A program made the translations under genes and the position numbers. From contig JBHGNT010000017.1 in NCBI GenBank assembly GCA_043228905.1, positions 1,364,001-1,428,000 on the forward strand: 64,000 bases of DNA, read 5' to 3'. Below, piece after piece: positions 60,492-64,000 of the stretch (the stretch's first letter is position 1; each line of letters begins with the position of its first letter). The stretch is from Azolla caroliniana. Its lineage: Eukaryota; Plantae; Polypodiophyta. The notes beneath the pieces were generated by a model that did no database searches, was not told the origin of the DNA, and saw nothing but the letters and a program-made list of their open reading frames with translations.

Positions 60492-60775
60492 ATGGCGGCT
60501 ATCGTTCGTCACTGTCGACGGCTCGAAATCAGGTAACCAAAGATATATTCCCTCAGTAAACCGTTTATTTCTTATATTGTCTTATCTTATATTCGGTCTT
60601 CTGTTTGAAGATGGTGATTGATATTTGATTGATTGATATTTGAAGATGCTCGTTTGGCAGTTCAATCGCAAAAGGAATGAATCAGAGCAGATACTTTACT
60701 TCTGAAACTCCACCGTCTCCAGACCTGGACCCCTCTCCAGATCATGCAAAGTCAAAACCTCCAGAGAGAAACAAG
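60492..60775 (+). CDS. First two exons of an unidentified, probably mitochondrion-targeted protein (gene likely continues beyond the window)
   Basis: A (CTT)n leader precedes ATGGCG. Exon 60492-60532 (donor AG|GTAACC) and exon 60646-60775 (donor AG|GTAAGC) splice in frame: MAAIVRHCRRLEIRCSFGSSIAKGMNQSRYFTSETPPSPDLDPSPDHAKSKPPERNK. The N-terminus is Arg/Ser-rich with an SRYFTS cleavage-like motif. No later exon was recognised. Confidence 0.6.
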
Positions 60776-61289
60776 GTAAGCTTCATTTTAAACATCTCCT
60801 GAAGAAAATGTATATGTTTGTTCGATAAATGTATATGCCACTTTTTTCTATATACAATTTTCTTTTAATATGAGCCGGATTTATTTTATGTACATGAATA
60901 TTTCTTGTGACATCTGAATCTGAACCGATTTTGATGCATATAAATTAAATTTCAGCTGAGAAAAGTACAGGATAGCTGGGTTTTGATAGTCTTATGTAGA
61001 GAAACATATCAGAGTTCGGGAAATATGTAGTTTATCAACTGGTCAAAACACAAGCTAATCAAGAGCTTCATCAACAATTTATATATGACCGAATTTTATG
61101 TTGAGAAACATGTAATTTAGGGAAAATGTCCTTTTCCAAAAAAGTGTAGCTACCTTGCTAGTCAAGATCTTTGCTAGAAATTTTAACGTATGAATTTCAT
61201 TAAAAAAATTCTAGATTCATGTAGAGGATAATGTATGCAAGTCACGAGAAACCTTTTTTCCCAATCAATCAATATGTTGGCTAATTTTA

Positions 61290-61810
61290 CTAATGTCTTG
61301 TAAGAGGCCAAAATGGATTGTAAGATCAAAAGAGAGTTTGCATTGTCAGATGTCTCATCGCTGAGTACGACATATCCTAATAAATATAACTAGATTTGTA
61401 AAACTGCCCAATCTAACAAATATATTTAGCTAAGCAGTGAACATCTTTGATGTCAGGTGATAATGACCTTGATTGATTTGTCAATAACAAGGATGACATG
61501 GATATGATCCACCTCCACGAAAAATTGCTATTGATTCACCATTATGACCCTTGTTGAATGTTGTTTTCGAGACCCTAGTTGTGTAACCCTTGATTGACTT
61601 GTAAAATGCGAAGAATGGGTGTATTTCTTTGCTGATGAGGTTTTCTGGTTGTATTGGTCCTTCAACAACTTATCTCTACGTCTCTTGATTTCTAGCAAAA
61701 ACAGTACCAATCAATTGTTGGTCCATGTTTTCCATCATCTTGCACAGTAGAACAAATTCTTATTGGACGAGATAGTGGTATCTCTGCGTTATTTCATAGT
61801 AAAAAGTATA
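61290..61810 (-). mobile_element. 3' end of the RTE-like LINE family
   Basis: The reverse complement is similar to 41500-42100; LVLFLLEIKRRRDKLL parallels LVLFLVELKRYREKLL. Confidence 0.7.
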
Positions 61811-62689
61811 ATGGCTAACTTTTTGCTCTGATTCCACATCCTGATGGCCCACTCAGTAGATCAGCTCTTTCGTAGATTTGCGATTCATATCTGTGTGGCT
61901 CCATCTCTAATTGATGTAAGAGGGCTTGAATAGCCCTATCCGATTATAAAGTGCATAAAAAAGAGATGTACACCCATAAATTGTGCATCAATTGTAAGAA
62001 GAAGGCCTTGTAGTGGGCCATCTTCCAACGAAGAGGAGTTGTGGGGCTGACCCATGTTTTTTCATTATCTAATACAATGACAATTGTTTGGATCACTTTA
62101 TTGTTTTCCATGTTGATCATGCCCAAGCGTAGATAATCCATGATATATTAGAACAGAATTAATACATTTCATACCATGTGATCGTAACCATTCTTTCATT
62201 TCAGCAAACCAACAATGATCATCTTCATCTTGAATGAATTTCTTGGTTGATATAAGTGCCAATCTTAAATACCTTTGCTTTTGGGGCTCCTTAAACTATG
62301 GAATACTAGTCACTTATCTGAATAGTGCATCAGTCACTATTTGGGCTTCTCCGATCTTAGCCTGAATTATATCATGGGGCAGTGATGCTTTGCTCCTTAT
62401 TTTGTGGGGAATCATCAAGACTAAAGATCTCCTAAATCTCTCTAGTTTTATGCACTCAAAGGTTCTACTCCCTAGAGAAGACTAGGTGTTACATGGGTAT
62501 CAGTCAACCACGAATTTGGTTGTAATTCTTGGAACTGGATTTGTGCACATTGTCTTCGAGGGCACAGTGGGCTACATAGCCACGAGAAAGTTAAGCACAG
62601 ACAAACTTCTCATATGGACAATTGAGGCCATGTGAATGTTACCCTAGGCAGGTGTACAATCATGTGTATACCATCTTTTCATCGTCCAA

Positions 62690-62880
62690 TAAGAATTCTG
62701 GTTCTGATCTTATTACCCATGCTTGAGTGGTGTAAAACACCACCACTTTTGTTTTATCAACAAATCATCATTTGTATAAAACGACTTTAAAACATTTGAA
62801 TGTTTTGTAGTCTTTCCGTAGCATTACAATTGAGCACAATGTCATCAACATTTAGTAATACTGGTATGGCTACCTTTGCC
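62690..62880 (-). mobile_element. Internal RT fragment of the RTE-like family
   Basis: tacccatgcttgagtggtgtaaaacacc...catca.cat.tagtaata..gtatgg matches ~45180-45370. Confidence 0.7.
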
Positions 62881-63267
62881 GAACATGTTCTTGAACCACC
62901 CATTCTCGCTATTTATTTTGATACTTATCTATGTAAAGACTGAAGAGAGTGGATGGTAGTGGTTATCATTGTTTCAATCCAATAGTGATAGCCACAACCC
63001 CTGGCAACCTATGAGGAGCATGCATTGGTTCTGACACTAATTCATATAATGCATAGATTTCCCTTCTCATGTCTATCAGGACGCCACGGTCCTCTAGTCA
63101 TTGCATAAGCCGAGCATGTGGTACAGTGCCGAAGGCTGTTTTGAAAACTACAAAGTGACAGCACATTCTCTTTTTATGGACTTTTCCTTTATCAATAAGG
63201 GCTCAAAGAGTACCCACCTTCGCATGTTCATGCAAATCTTGAGGTACAAAATAACGAAGCTATATAC

Positions 63268-63830
63268 ATGTGTATTAAGAGGCTAAAATGGCCTAGAAGA
63301 TTAAATAAGAGATTACGTTGAAAAATGTTTAAGAATATCAAACCAAAATAAATAGAAGGTAAATATAGTACTGTAAAAAATCCAGTTATCTGAGCACTTA
63401 AGATTCCAAACTTAGATAGACTTATGCTTCTGCCTTTAAAAATTGCCTACAGGGGGCTGCCCCAAGATGGAGAAAACTCTGAAGCAAGGGAAGCAACTTC
63501 AGTGCTAGGTGATAATGGCCTTCATTTGTTGATGATGGGTGGCACCGGATGGTTGTGTCTGATCTATTGTAACCCTTTCTAGCGTCTTGGTCAAATCCTC
63601 ATTTGTGTAGTCCTTGATGAACTTGTACCATTAGGAGTGATGGGAGGTAAAGAAATTCATGATGGATTGTTGCTGATGATCTGCTGTGGTTGTATTGTTA
63701 TCCTTCAACAAACTCTCCTTATTTCTTCATACTCTTTTACCTTGCGTAGTGGGTCGAAGTGTCATCTCTCGCTGTTATTTCCTAAAAAACAGCACAATAG
63801 AAGACATAGTGTTCTTTCCAGTTCAACACC
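63268..63830 (-). mobile_element. 3' end of the RTE-like LINE family
   Basis: taagaggc.aaa.tggccta, gaagcaagggaagca, gataatggcctt, tctattgtaaccc and taggagtgatgggag match the copies at 41.5-42.1 kb and 44.5-45.0 kb. Confidence 0.78.
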
Positions 63831-64000
63831 TAATTGCACAATTAGCAGATCTGTTCTTCCATACATTTGCATGCATATCTGTCTCTCAATTTTTAACTCA
63901 TGTAAAGAGGCTCTGAGCTGCCCTATCACATTGAAGAGGGCCCTTAAAATAAATCCATCCTGCGACATTTATAAAAAAGAGTGCCTTATAATGGGCCATC

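Overview
This is AT-rich eukaryotic nuclear DNA from a land plant, most likely a fern or other non-seed vascular plant (inferred from a fern-like plastid ycf1 insertion and the gene sequences). It is not prokaryotic, and most short ORFs in the track are microsatellite or transposon artefacts. Manual splicing gives four complete genes: plastid threonine dehydratase (+, 9 coding exons, ~662 aa), a DOXC-class 2-oxoglutarate/Fe(II) dioxygenase (-, 4 exons, ~360 aa), an ATM-type half-size ABCB transporter with a Ser-rich presequence (-, 17 exons, ~708 aa) and a short plastid ACCase carboxyltransferase alpha subunit (+, 10 exons, ~466 aa, GC-AG first intron). The first two exons of a fifth gene, probably mitochondrion-targeted, start at ~60.5 kb. 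The remainder contains RTE-like and L1-like LINE remnants, the 5' end of a Copia LTR element next to a 100-N gap, a ycf1 NUPT, tandem duplications and microsatellites. The most notable observations are an L1 insertion with a twin-priming-type 5' inversion and a 17-bp TSD, an ATM-like transporter with a plastid-like presequence and an altered glutathione pocket, a palindrome-rich 39-bp array upstream of the dioxygenase, and a ~2.2-kb purine-rich unit with terminal direct repeats in a threonine dehydratase intron. All family assignments are from recalled motifs; no database search was run.
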